From Tubiluchus corallicola (lineage: Eukaryota; Animalia; Priapulida): a stretch of DNA of 64,000 nucleotides. A program made the translations under genes and the position numbers. The stretch spans positions 14,764 to 78,763 of the forward strand of contig JAQGDQ010000942.1 in assembly GCA_030141605.1 (NCBI GenBank), read 5' to 3'. Under the pieces are notes generated by a model. The model ran no database searches and had not been told where the DNA came from. It worked only from the letters and a program-made list of their open reading frames with translations. This document shows, in pieces, positions 38,711-51,406 of the stretch (positions are counted from its first letter, which is position 1; every line of letters starts with the position of its first letter).

Positions 38711-38761
38711 TAACACTTCAACTATATTGTGAAATGCCTTCACAGTATAGTTGAAGTGTTA
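38711..38761. other. Near-perfect 23-bp inverted repeat with 5-nt loop
   Basis: taacacttcaactatattgtgaa-atgcc-ttcacagtatagttgaagtgtta; one mismatch, which is a G-U pair in RNA. Confidence 0.9.
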
Positions 38762-39950
38762 ACTATAATTATTAAATCTGAATCTAAGGCTTAATTTTGA
38801 TGATTGGATACAGCTGGCAAACTTTCAGGCATGATTCTTTAGGCAATCTTGGCTGCGTTTTGGACATTTTTACAAAATCTTGTAAATTTCTCTGTCCCGG
38901 ATCACAAAAAGCTCAAGAGGTGATCCTGCACTCTAGAGGCTTATGACTCGAAAACGTTCACAGATAAATAATTTAAGGCTACTGCTACGGACGAATAGGA
39001 ACTTATATGTGGGCTTTCATTTGGTGTTGCGATTAGAAGTGTGTTGTAAGTGACCAATTAAGTTGTGACATGTGATTAAGTTGTGATGTACTCCTCAATC
39101 CATTTCACAAAATCAAATAATTATACATATCTTGCAAGCCATAAAATGTATTATGTACTAATAAGAAACTGGCCATTTGCTACAAGAATTTCGGGTTTAG
39201 GTTGAAGGCCAGGAGCAGCTGTGACGTCATCTTTGTAATGACGGCGTTCCTTGTGGGTGATAGTAATTAGTAACTTATGCAATACGAGTATGAAGCGCAC
39301 TTAACTTTGGTAACGTTGCGAGACTGATACTAATGCTTTTGAAATGCGGAGTTTTCCTTGTGGTTTATGTGTACCTGTTTCTGAATACAAAGCTTACTGA
39401 AAGATCAATTAACATTTTAATGCTTTTATTCTACTGACAAACAAACTGAGTAAGCAAGAAAAAAAGGAAAAAGACACCACTTTACATTTCACAATGTCAA
39501 ATATCTGACGTAACTTTCAAGCTTAAAATGTGACGTAAGGTATTATGGCCAACATGAAAACAGTCAAATGTGCACACATATCTGCTAAAGTTTTACTTCG
39601 TAAAAAATCATATTAAATGTGAGCTTCTGTGTCACTTCATCATCAGTACCATCATCATAATCATCAACTCAATGATCTCACAATGCAACTTTGTTATCTA
39701 CAAAATTATGATTATTTCAGGGATTTTAACTAATAACAAAGACAAAACTACTTAACACAGTACGATATTTCTCTACTCGATGCAGAATACTCTTTCTCTA
39801 CTCCAGTGCGATACGTCTAGTAGCACATTAGTTGCGGAAACCTTAAAGCGAAGGATTTATTTAGTAAGCATATTCCGAAAAGCACACCCAATTTTAGAAC
39901 TTGCGAAGAGCAAGTTTTTTTTAACATCTAGAATGACTTACAAAATAATA

Positions 39951-40367
39951 ATGCGCAGAAAAGCATCAGTTTGCAATAAGAAGCAAAGATTAGCCACATT
40001 TGTGTGCTTTTGTATGTTTGCATTGTTTCATTGCGGAATTTTGAATTTGAGATCATCTAAGCTTAATAAGGGGAAGAAAGAAAATGATCCATTTAAGTTC
40101 GTTGTATTGACTTACAAAAGGCCAAAGTCATTATTGAGGCTTCTAAAGTCACTTAATTCAAGTCACTATAATGAGGATGAAGTTGGGCTAAAGATTTGTG
40201 TAGACAGAAGTGCTAATGACAGTTCAATATCAGCGACTACACTTGACGTCATAAACTCATTTATATGGGTTTACGGTAGAAAGGAAGTTATTGTCCACCC
40301 TGTACATTATGGACCATACTTGCAATGGTATGATTGTTGGAAACCATCTGCAAGAAATATAAAATAA
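39951..40367 (+). pseudogene. 3'-truncated inverted duplicate of the 340-aa glycosyltransferase gene
   Basis: MRRKASVCNK...YGPYLQWYDCWK aligns closely with residues 1 to ~138 of the 21123-22145 product, with a 3-codon deletion. Similarity stops at ~40357, just before the LEDD motif, and a TAA follows. Upstream DNA (~39660-39950) is also similar to the reverse complement of ~22150-22330. Confidence 0.85.
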
Positions 40368-41470
40368 ATATTCATAACAATATGACTGAATTATGAGAAG
40401 TTTTCGCTAGTGGTCAAAAGTGGGTGTACACATTATTGAGTATTGAAATACATAATACATTTCGTCACATTTTATGACTTTGTTTGCAAGTTATGGACTA
40501 ATAATAGATTTTGGATCTTAGAGGTTGTGAAATGGATTTAGTGGTACTGATGACGTAATTTGGTCACTTCGTTTGTTCCAAAGTCACTAATCACACCGTC
40601 AAATTAAAGCATACACATAACTTCCTATTGGTCCCTAATAGTACACATGTGTGTCAATTGTGTGTACGTTTTGGAATTATAAGCTTCCAAAAAGCAGAGC
40701 CACTTCTTGGCCTTTTTGTGTCCAGGGACAGTGGCCTAAAACGCAGATTTTTATAAAAATATCCAAAACGCTGTGTGAAAGGCGTGAAGAATAATTCACG
40801 AGAGCTTGGAAGCTGTACCCAGTCTTCTTTTTTGGCTAACAAACCCGACTATAACTATTTTACATAGTTTTAAATACATCTTGGCAACTATTCTTAGGAA
40901 ACCGAGTAAAACGGAGTGCAGCAATGTTGCTTGAGTGTAATCAGCAAGCTGGACAAAGTTTGTATTATTTTGATTAAAATATTGGATTTTATGAATTATG
41001 AATTTATTTCACAGCAAATCGTACATATAACATACATACAAATAATTGTTACATTATAAAATATAAATAAACGAGTCACTGTGAGGAGGAGGAAGTAGCA
41101 TTAACCTTTGGAGTCCTCCACCAGATAAGTGAAGCAATTATCAATTAACATATCCCTCGTGTAATTACAGAAACTTTTCAACAGAGGTTAATACCACTGA
41201 AAGCTTCATTGTAACAAAATAAGCACATAAATGTCCCAAATATACTCTAAAGTGGATTAACCCGACTGTTCAGAGCACAGGTGACTAACAGGTAAAAAAT
41301 AGAAAAACTGGCCAAAACTATAAGCTTTACATTCCCGCCACAGATGGCGACACGTGCACGAATTTGTAAGCAAAAATCTGTTACACGTAGTATTTTCATC
41401 AGTTATAGCGTACATTAGAAAAAAATAATTTTTGTCAGTAATTAAAGATCAGGATTAGTAAAATTTTTAG

Positions 41471-43500
41471 CTAATTATACCTTTGTAGTAAGTAATTCTT
41501 TGATGCTTTTTGAAATTGATAAAGATTAAGAGATTCCATTTCACGCGGAATTGATGACCATATTTTAATAGCATTTTGTTTTGATGACGTTTCTATAAAT
41601 TTGTTTTGGAAGAGGCAGTACATAGTTTCAGACTGGATACCTTGTGTAATGATCATGTTGATTTGAACCTGGGCTAAAGTATGACTGAAAAGCTTGTGGA
41701 AATGGTGAATTACAATACTGATACATGAAATGAAGACGATACATGTCATATATACCTTTCACTTTATTAGTTATTTCAATTAATGCTAATGCTGTTGAAT
41801 GCGACTTTCGAAAACCGAATTGATAGTCATATAAAACTTTGTTTTGTAAAAGAAAAGAGGACAGTTGATTAAATGTGATTTTTTCAAGTATTTTAGAAAA
41901 ACACACTTAACAGTGAAATTGATCGATAATTAGATACCTTAGTTTTACTCTTTGATTTACAAACAGGAATTACTTTAGTGAGTTTAAGCTGTTCAGGAAA
42001 AATACCAGTATTAAATGATTGATTAATTATAAAAGTTAATGGCTTGGAAATGACGGAACTAGCAATTTTAAAAAAAAAATTACTGACACCATCTTAATGA
42101 AAGATCCTGTCACTTCTACTTCATTAGTAGGTTCAAATCTAAATTCATTAGCGAGATTAGCAGTTAAATACGAAAGATGATGCTATTTGACATTTTGAAT
42201 ATTTTGTGCCAATGTTGATCCAACTTCAACAAAAAATTTATTAAGTTTATCAGCCATTAACTGGGGTTAGGTTATTTGCTCATTATTAATAACTAATTTG
42301 GTAGGACAATTCTTTTGGGCTTTTAGTTTTACCAGTTCATTGACTATTTTCCACATTGATTTAATATCTTTATTAGCTGACTGAAATTTCTTAATATAAT
42401 ATAAAAGTTCTTTGTTTTATTTTTTAATTTATTCAGGATATTGGCATATGTTTTATATTTATTTTGCTTATTCACATCATTAGATTTAAATAATGTGACA
42501 TACATTTTTTTGTTTTTTCCTAACACTAACAAGTATTCCTCTAGTAATCCAAGGTTTTTCTAATAATTTGCATTCTTTTTTTGAAAGCATTCTTAATGGT
42601 GCGTGTTGAGATCACCCATAATATATAATTTTTTGTGTTCCGTATTTACAATTTTTATTGTGCTTTCAAGCTCAGATTTGAAATGCTTTATGGAATCCAA
42701 AGTACCACCTGGATGTCGGTAAATTAGCCCAACTACCACTCCAACATGTTGTTTTGAGTCCAATTCTATCCATAAATTTTCACAGTTATTAATATTAAGC
42801 TTAAGATCTCATCTATCAAAGTAAGTCAATGGAGAATGGATATATAAACCCACAATACCGATATGTGTTTTCAAACTGGAGTCATGTCTTAGGAGTTCAA
42901 AATAACCTGGAAGGTCATAATTTGATAAAGAAACATTGCTCAGTCGTGTCTCAGAAATGCCCAATATTTTAATGGGGTTTCCTAAAGGAGAAAGTAATTC
43001 CTGAATAAGTTCAATTTTTTCTTCATTTAAACTGACAACGTTCATGTGCATCATAGTTAAATCAGATGAGTTACTATCAATGCATAAATGAAACTCATCA
43101 GGAGAAAAATATTGTGAGCTAATAGACGGTATTATAGTGTCGGGATCATGCTGATCATAGTTATTTCAGCTAAAACATTGACTATTTAAAATATCTGGTA
43201 GATCGCTAAAATCTTCAAATTTAGTATGATATAATAATTTACGTAAATCAGAGTCATCTAATTTTGAGAAAGGAAAGACATTGTCATAACACACCGGGGA
43301 CATGAATGGATCATTATTATTAATATAGGTTGGTATAGATACACATCTGCGATGGTAATATGAATTGCAATAAGAACATTGGATAATAATTCGGTAATTA
43401 GTAATCAACTTGTAACATAAACCACAGAAATTAGACTCATCCGTGTTAGTAACATCATCAACAAACAAACTTTGAAGAATCTCAAAAACTAAACTCAAAC
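41471..43500 (-). mobile_element. CR1/L2-type LINE with PHD finger, AP endonuclease and RT remnants; RT core internally deleted
   Basis: C..C..IQC..C..YYH.RC (PHD), HMNV.SL..ILGISETRL (APE), PWITRG, NYRSISLL..FSKILEK. Same family as 36367-37530; jumps from EITNK to IYDMY at ~41760. Confidence 0.9.
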
Positions 43501-45179
43501 TGAAGTAGCCACTGCTTAACGAGAAAAAAATCTTAATATTTTGATTTGTTGTTTTTGAATATAAGCAATTACAACACTAATATCTCATCGCAGAATACAT
43601 TAAAAACAATGTAAATATTAAAGCATAAATTAATGAATAAAGGGTTTAGATTTTCAATCTAGTGAATATACATAAACTTCCAAAGAGGAAAAAAGATAAA
43701 TTAACAATTTTAGTCTTAACTTCTGACTTATTTTAAATTTTGGAAATTGATAAACAAAATTTGTAACACAGACGTATCTACAATACAGCTTAGTTTAACT
43801 GATTACAAGCCTGCAAGTGTACACTACTAGTACATACACTGTAAGGGACTAAACTTATTGTACAGCACATAAACATCCAACATGGTGAATTTAAGCTTCA
43901 AACATTACACAGTCTTTACTATAATTTCACTCCAGCATTTGCCGCAAGTGGACGCTATATATTTTATGCACTATACATAATGTTAATTTATAACTAAAAA
44001 AAACGAACAGGTTTCTATCTTTGGAATTAATAGTATGGAGTATTATGTGCAGTAACTGTCTCATCATGATCTTGAATGATTTGCATTTAATCTAGCTAGA
44101 CCGGATTTGAGAGGGCAAAAGAGAATAATTATTGGTGAAGTCTACGTGCTAACTACTGTACACAAGAACAAAAATTTCACAAACTACGTTTGCAGTAGGT
44201 GACCTTCAAAAAATCTGGCGAAGCCAAGTTTTCAATTTCTTGGCGTACTCTTTCTCCCAAGTTTTCTTCCATAGCTGTCGGCACTGCACTAATATTTTAA
44301 CTTATATATGAAAAGTAATCCACCGTGTAGATATTTCTTTATATCATTATAAAACTTTAATGTCCAATTCTATCTCATTTAGACCGTGAAGCAGGTGGCT
44401 ACAACATTACTGTACGTTAGAACTTGTACAGCATGACATATACTGCGGACGAAGTCAAGAACACGTCATGCGTCGTCAACTCTCAACTGCCAACTGCCAA
44501 CTGACGTCTTGCAGAATACGTCTCGGACACAACAACAATATAGCGGCAACCACTGTCAGTCTCTCCTTCACGTCATCTCTGTGACTCTTCCTCGTGGTGG
44601 GTGTGAATCTCTCTCTCCCCCGTTGTGTGTGTGTGTGTGTGGCTTGAATATTTTTCCAAGATTATATAGCAATCAATAATTACTGTCACTGAATCTTGCC
44701 GATTTTGATTTCTTCCGCACCATCTGGGCAATCTTACCTCCTGGACAGTGGATAATACTTCTGATTTCTAACGTTATGATCAATAAGTACTGACACTGAA
44801 CCTTGCCGCTTTTGATTTCTTCCTGGGCACGCGACAAACGGTTACTATTGAACTTATTTCTCTTGTTTTCTAATTGGTACGCATGCTGCTAGTAAACAGC
44901 GTCTCTTTGAATTCTACACCTGTCAGTTTCACTACATTGTGACAATTCCGCTTATTAAATCTAAACTTTTGAACTTAACTTGCGACTTCTCGGTTTGTCG
45001 GTTTCACTTTTCTAACTCATTAAATTAAAGCTAAAAGCTGGATGAGTTCCATATTCAAAATATATGAATTTCCTTAACAAAATCAGGGAGGAGCGAGTTT
45101 ATCATCTTATTCTGATTCATCTGATAAACTCAATATCTGCTGAAATTCATATTCCGAAATTTATTCATAACACTGTCCT

Positions 45180-48100
45180 AAGATAGTACCATTAGAAGAG
45201 ATAAGCACGACGAATTTTATGGGAAGAGGAAAGCTGCTGGTAACACTACCTCGTTAGACTGTGCTGATTATACTAGTAATAGCATTTATGTAAACGAATC
45301 TTTAAAACCAAGCTGTTGTTTTATCATTGTACAGTATTCAGGAAAAATAGAAACTGTAAATACCTTTGCTCTAAGAATGGATCTATCTATTTGCGTAGGA
45401 GTGATACAAGTGAGGCTATTGAAAATAAAGTGAAACCAAAGTGATCTTGATAAACTACATTAGTATCTATAACAGTGGACTCATTTCTTTAAATTAGATA
45501 CGATTCTTTATCCATGCACGTTTTGTGCTAAAACTGATAACCAAAAAAGCATATCTTGTGATATAACTATGGTGTTCTTGGACGCACCTTAAGTGCACTG
45601 CATTACCTATTGAAAATTTCAATAAAGTAGCAAACAGTAGTGAAAGATATTTCTGTTTAAGGTGTATTAATTCTATTTCAGAGTGTAGATAATGAGGAAT
45701 TATTTGAACATGTACATTTAAGCACAAGCACTTCAGATTTCTTCACTTACGGATTCTTCTAATATGCATAACCCTTTTGATCATGATAATTATAGATTGC
45801 AGCACGAGTGTAAGTACTTTAAACTTCCTACTCTAAATACTGACCGAAGCTTATCCAAATTACCAGCAGATCTCTTACTAATCCATTTCAATACTAACAG
45901 TCTTACTAAAAACTCTAGCAGTATGTGTGATGTTCTGCATGCTTTTAATCAGATGCCTGATGTTATTGCAATGTTAATTCGGCATTTTTCTGCCACATGC
46001 CAGGATACCATTTCCTTCAGCAAATACACCAGCAGGGGGAATCGCAGTTAGCAGAATTCAAGTCGAAGGCATCTGGCTTGAACTTACGCAAATCAACAAT
46101 AAAAAACAATAATTTTTAGCGTCACATATAGTCATCCCATTAATTCTGTGCCTCATTTCCATGAAGAATTAAGTGAATTAAGTGAATCCTTAAGTAAAAT
46201 CAATAAATTGGGCAAAACAGCATATATCTGGATGGATATCAATATTGAGCTGCTGCAACATCGAAAGAAAACATATATAAGTGACTACATCAACACATTG
46301 TTCTCTAATCAATTTGTACCAATTATCACCCAGCCCACTCGTATAACTAATACTTCCAGTACACTAATCGACCACATGTACCATAATAATCTTGATCACC
46401 AATATATGCAGGTGTTCTTCTGTGCCAAAATTTCTGATCACCTTCCAATATTTGCTTTAGCAAAATCTGCTCATCTTCATAAGCCACAATACAAAAAAAC
46501 ATTAGATCCACAAAAAACTTAAACTGTCAGTTATTCATAAATGACGTAAAAAGAAATATGACTAACATAGTGATAACATAGTGATAACATAGTAATAAAT
46601 TTGCAGAACAGTTTTTACAAACAGTGAACATCCATGCACCTTTAAAAACTCTTTCACGAGAAAAACATAAAGAAAAAACAAACTTTTAGTAAACCATGGG
46701 TAACTTTGGTATATTACAATCTATTAAAACTCGTAGCAAAATATACATGTCATACAAACTATCCAATTCGATACATAAAAAACGTCAATACAATAATTAT
46801 TCAAATAAACTAAGTGATATTATAGAACAATCCAAGAAAAATTACTTTAATAAACTTCTAACAGAAAATGAAAATAACATGAAAAAACATGCCTGACTAT
46901 TAATGACATTTTTCGAATAAAAATAAATCACGTATATTTTCTAACAAAATAGGTTTTAATGGAGCTGAAAAAAAAGATCCAACAGTAATAGCGAATTAGG
47001 TCAATGATTTTTTGCAAATATTGATGCTAATTTCGCTAATAGAATTACGCAAGCTGGTGGTCAATCATATCTAGACTACATGGGTAATGCTAATCCACAC
47101 TCATTTTTATTACTCCTGTACAGGAAGAGGAAGTACCCACTGCCATTCGTAACTTAAATAAAAATAAAGCACCTGGGCCAGATGGCATTCCTGTTTACTT
47201 CTATAAAATAGCTGGCAATGTCCTCGCACTCGTATTACCTGATTTACTTAAACTAGCTAGACTAATTTCAATTTTTGAAGGAGGTGACGACAACAACCCA
47301 TCTAACATATCGCCCCATTTCACTTCTGTTCCCTCTATCTAAAAATATTTGAATCTTTAATTTATAGCAGATTGCATTGTTTTCTTGTCAAGCACAATAT
47401 TATTACTAAATATCAGTTCGGTTTCCAGAAAAACCATTCTACAACACTGGCAACGCAGAAATTTTCTTCTCAGTCTGGATCAGAACTTAGTTCCATGTGG
47501 TATCTTTCTCGATCTTACAAAAGCATTTGACATTAATCACGTAATCTCACTGAAAAAAACTTGAGCATTATGGGGTACGTGGGCATGCACTTGATCTGTT
47601 CAAACCCTTTTTCCAGAATCAACAATATTTCACTTCATTCATTATTCTGAACTTTTTACCATTGTTTGAGGTGTCCCTCAAGGCACAACACTCGGTCCAT
47701 TACTATTTTTGCTGTACATCAATGACTTACCCAATGCCTCCGATTTTAAGCATAGACTATTTGCTGATGATACCAATCTCTTCCTTACAGATTCTAGTAT
47801 TGTAAACCTTGAGTTGAGATGATATAAGGAATTAGTCAAAGTAGAAAAGTTGTTATACTTCAATTACCTAACTGTTAACTTAAATAAAACGAAGTATATG
47901 GTTATATCTAGAAAATCCATCAACATTCCTGACAACTTCGAAGTATGTGTGAACAATAGTGTCATCCAACAATAGTATGATCAAATATCTTGGCATCTTC
48001 ATAGACAACAAATTGTCTTGGCACACGCATATGCAAAATATTTCATCTAAAATGAACAAAACTATTGGTACAAAATTAAGACATTATGTGGATATCTCTA

Positions 48101-48590
48101 CTCTCAAAATGCTCTGGTTTCCCCTGCTTGCAGTTCTGTGTATTATGTTGGGGAACTGCATCTGCTAGTGCACTACAGCCTGTAATGACGTATGACTGTG
48201 CAAAACAAAATAGTAAAAATAACGATTTTTGCAAAAATTCGAGATTACGCAACTCCTTCATGCATCAAACTCAAACTACTAAAAATAAGAGACATTTACT
48301 AACTGGAACTAGATAAATTTATGTACAGATACACTAACAATCTACTCCCTAAATTATACAATAACTATTTTGTAAAAATTAGTCAAATACACAATTACGC
48401 AACAAGGTCTGCTGCAAGTGACAAATTTTATCTAGCTAGGTATCAGACTTTATGGGTGTTGAATTCTATTAAGCACAAAGTTGTAATTTTATGGAATAAG
48501 CTGGATAGTGCAATTAAAAATACAAACTCACTACATGCATTAGTCAACCAGTATAGATTGAATTTAATACATAATTATAGTGTGAATTAA
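45180..48590 (+). mobile_element. Near full-length decayed CR1/L2-type LINE (ORF1 tail plus ORF2)
   Basis: IYVNESL..KNGSIYLR (ORF1 tail), D.NIELL, PTRITNTSSTLIDH, SDHLPIF, KAPGPDGIP, QFGF...[39 protein letters not shown]. Confidence 0.92.
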
Positions 48591-49417
48591 AGATAGAGAA
48601 ATTATATTGTTTGGTAATACAGTTAATACACTAATACACTTTCTACCTACATTTAAGTTTGCTTTTTTCTTGTTTGCTGTCTCTGCTGCTAGTCAATTTA
48701 ATTATTGCTTATGTTGACAGCTTTATTGCGTCTTCTTTAATTAAATAACAATCAACCCAAATCTGTACTTACAATGTTTTTTCTTGAAGTAATACACAAG
48801 CTCAAACATGACCACATCAGTATTAATTATATACCATGTCTTTTGTTATGAGTTGGAATTGGTTAGACAAAACATGGTGAATAAACGGAGATGCATTTGC
48901 GACATTACTTCATTTTTATTGCCAGTAAACACAAATTAACAAAAACAAAACATTAGGGCTGTCATCCTGAGCAGCCGACATTACTTCCACCTCAATAACA
49001 ACTCTAACCAACTAGGTCAAAAGCAAGTACAGAACACAGGTGAGAAGCCAACCTGGCGTTTAAACTAAAATCGGCAGGCGGGTCATAACACTTTGCATAA
49101 TTCTTAAACTTAATACAAATTAAACATAAATTGCATATCTCTTTAATCTTAAAAAATATAACCAGGTTCGAAAAGTATTAATATAATAGCTAAAATGGTC
49201 TTATTATTAAATTTTTTAGTCATTTTCGGTCGATAAGCATATTAAAAATAGCATTAATAATATACAGTTATTTGTTGTTATTTAGTTCAAAACCAGTATG
49301 GCCTTACAGATATGCAACTTTGCTTCTTTTGGTGTCATTATTGCATAGTCATTGCAATTCCTTTGCCCATTCTAATTTTTTTTTTTACTTTGTTTTGCGC
49401 AAATTAACTTAATTTTA

Positions 49418-50244
49418 TCTATACTCTTATATTAATATTCTTGGTATATTTATATATATATATATAAGATTCGAGGCTACAGCCCGGACGAGGGCACCAT
49501 TTGCGGCGATCTATATATCAAACGAAAGGTCTCGATCTAGTGTTTTCTCATTGATGGTTTATTTTTCGAATCGGGCCCACCGGGAGGAACGGGGGGCGAA
49601 AAACCTCCAAAAATACGCCGTTTTTTCGGCCGTTTTTTGCAAAAGTTTTACGGCTGAGATGTAGAGAACGGGAACGGGCCGAGGGTGGTGCTGGCCATGG
49701 ATAGATAGCCTGTTCAGCGGTGGGTGTCATAGGCATATTTAGAATTCCCGAGATGGCCACGGCGTCCCGCAACGGGCGTTTTCCCGGACCCAACTCGCGA
49801 TTTTTTTGAAATTTTGACCAAACAGCCTGCGGAAAAAACATTCTAGCGGCGCCTGGTGGGACTCTCGGAAGGAGATATGGGGCTCTTTAGAAGGAGGAAG
49901 GACAGGGCTACACGATGATGTGGGCTATATGTTAGGGCAGGTCCACCGAGAGAAGTACCGACGAGTTAGTTAGGAGTTCTATTTTCGGCGATTTTCGCTT
50001 ACAAAACTGTCCTAACGCATTCCATTGTGCTGACGTCATCCGTTGTACTCTATAACTTTAATTCAGCAAAAAGCTGCTCTGCGTTAGATAAACAGACATA
50101 CAGTAGCTGCCTGCTGGCTTTGCCTTAGGTAAGTAGGCAGGATGTTACGGGCTTTGTGTTATAAATGAGGACTTGGTAGGACGTTTGCGTATTATTGATT
50201 ACACGTGTATTTATACGCAAAATCTTTTGCGGGGCCTTTGCTAG
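49418..50244 (+). mobile_element. Non-autonomous Helitron, copy A
   Basis: 5' A|TCTATAC...; 3' hairpin cgcaaaa-tc-ttttgcg about 9 nt before the terminal CTAG; GC-rich interior; no TSD. Confidence 0.85.
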
Positions 50245-51088
50245 TCCCTTATATTAATATTCTTGGTATCTTAATCTCTTATATTAATATTCTTGGTATA
50301 TATATTTATATATAAGATTCGAGGCTACAGCTTCGACGAGGGCGCCATTTGCGGCCATCTATATATCAAACGAAAGGTCTCGATCTAGTGTCGTCTCATT
50401 GGGGGTTTATATTTCGAATCGGGCCCACCGGGAAGAACGGAGGGCGAAAAACCTCCAAAAATGGCCCTTTTTCGGCCGTTTTTTGCAAAAAATTGCAAAA
50501 GTTATACGGCTGAGATGTAGAGAACGGGAACGGCCGAGGGGGGTACTGAGTATGGATAGATAGCCAGTTCAGCGTTGGGTGTAGTAGGCATATTTAGAAT
50601 TCCCGAGAGGGCCAGGGCGCCCCGCAACGGGCGTTTTCCCGGACCCAACTCGCGATTTTTTCGAAATTTTGACCAAACAGCATGCGGGAAAAACGTTCTA
50701 GCGTCGCCCGGTGGGACTTTCAGAAGGAGATATATAGCTCTTTAGAAAGAGGAAGGACAGGGCTACACGATGATGTGAGTTATATTTTAGGGCAGGTCCA
50801 CCGAGAGGAGTACTGGCGAGTTAATTAGAGGTGCCATTTTCGGCAATTTTCGCTTAGAAAACTGCTGACGCAAAGCTATTGTTGTGACGTCATCCATTAT
50901 ACTCTGCTGTAATCTTATAACTTTAATTCAGCAAAAAGCTGCCTGCTACGGGTTTGCGTTAGTTAAACAGACATACAGTAGGCAGGATGTCACGGGCTTT
51001 GTGTTATAAATGAGGCTAGGTAGGATGGTCGCGTATTATTAATTACACGTGTATTTATACGCAAAATCTTTGGCGGGGCCTTTGCTAG
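50245..51088 (+). mobile_element. Non-autonomous Helitron, copy B (head-to-tail with copy A)
   Basis: Begins TC directly after the CTAG of copy A, has the same internal sequence with scattered substitutions, and ends with hairpin plus CTAG|T. Confidence 0.85.
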
Positions 51089-51406
51089 TTAAATTATTGT
51101 TTAGTGATGGCAGACCAGATGTCCTTGGCCTTCACGCTCTTCTTTAATCTCTGTAAATCATTATTACATACTATCTATGATTGTTATTTTGAAGGCAAAA
51201 CTAGATTATTATTATTATTATTGTTTTACTTCAAAGCAAAACAAAACTAGATACACATTTTGCTCCAAACTGCAATCGAAGTATCTAGAGCGAAGCTTTA
51301 TGTGCATGATTTCGTCTACGATCTTGTTTTACTACAGCATTTTGACACAGACTATTTCGTCATTCAAGTTGCTTAATAATTCACGTCTTACATTGTACGC
51401 GAACTG

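Noticed and set aside
49548-49841. GC-rich 97-aa ORF suggesting foreign or bacterial DNA
   Set aside because: Lies inside a non-autonomous Helitron; no recognisable domain.
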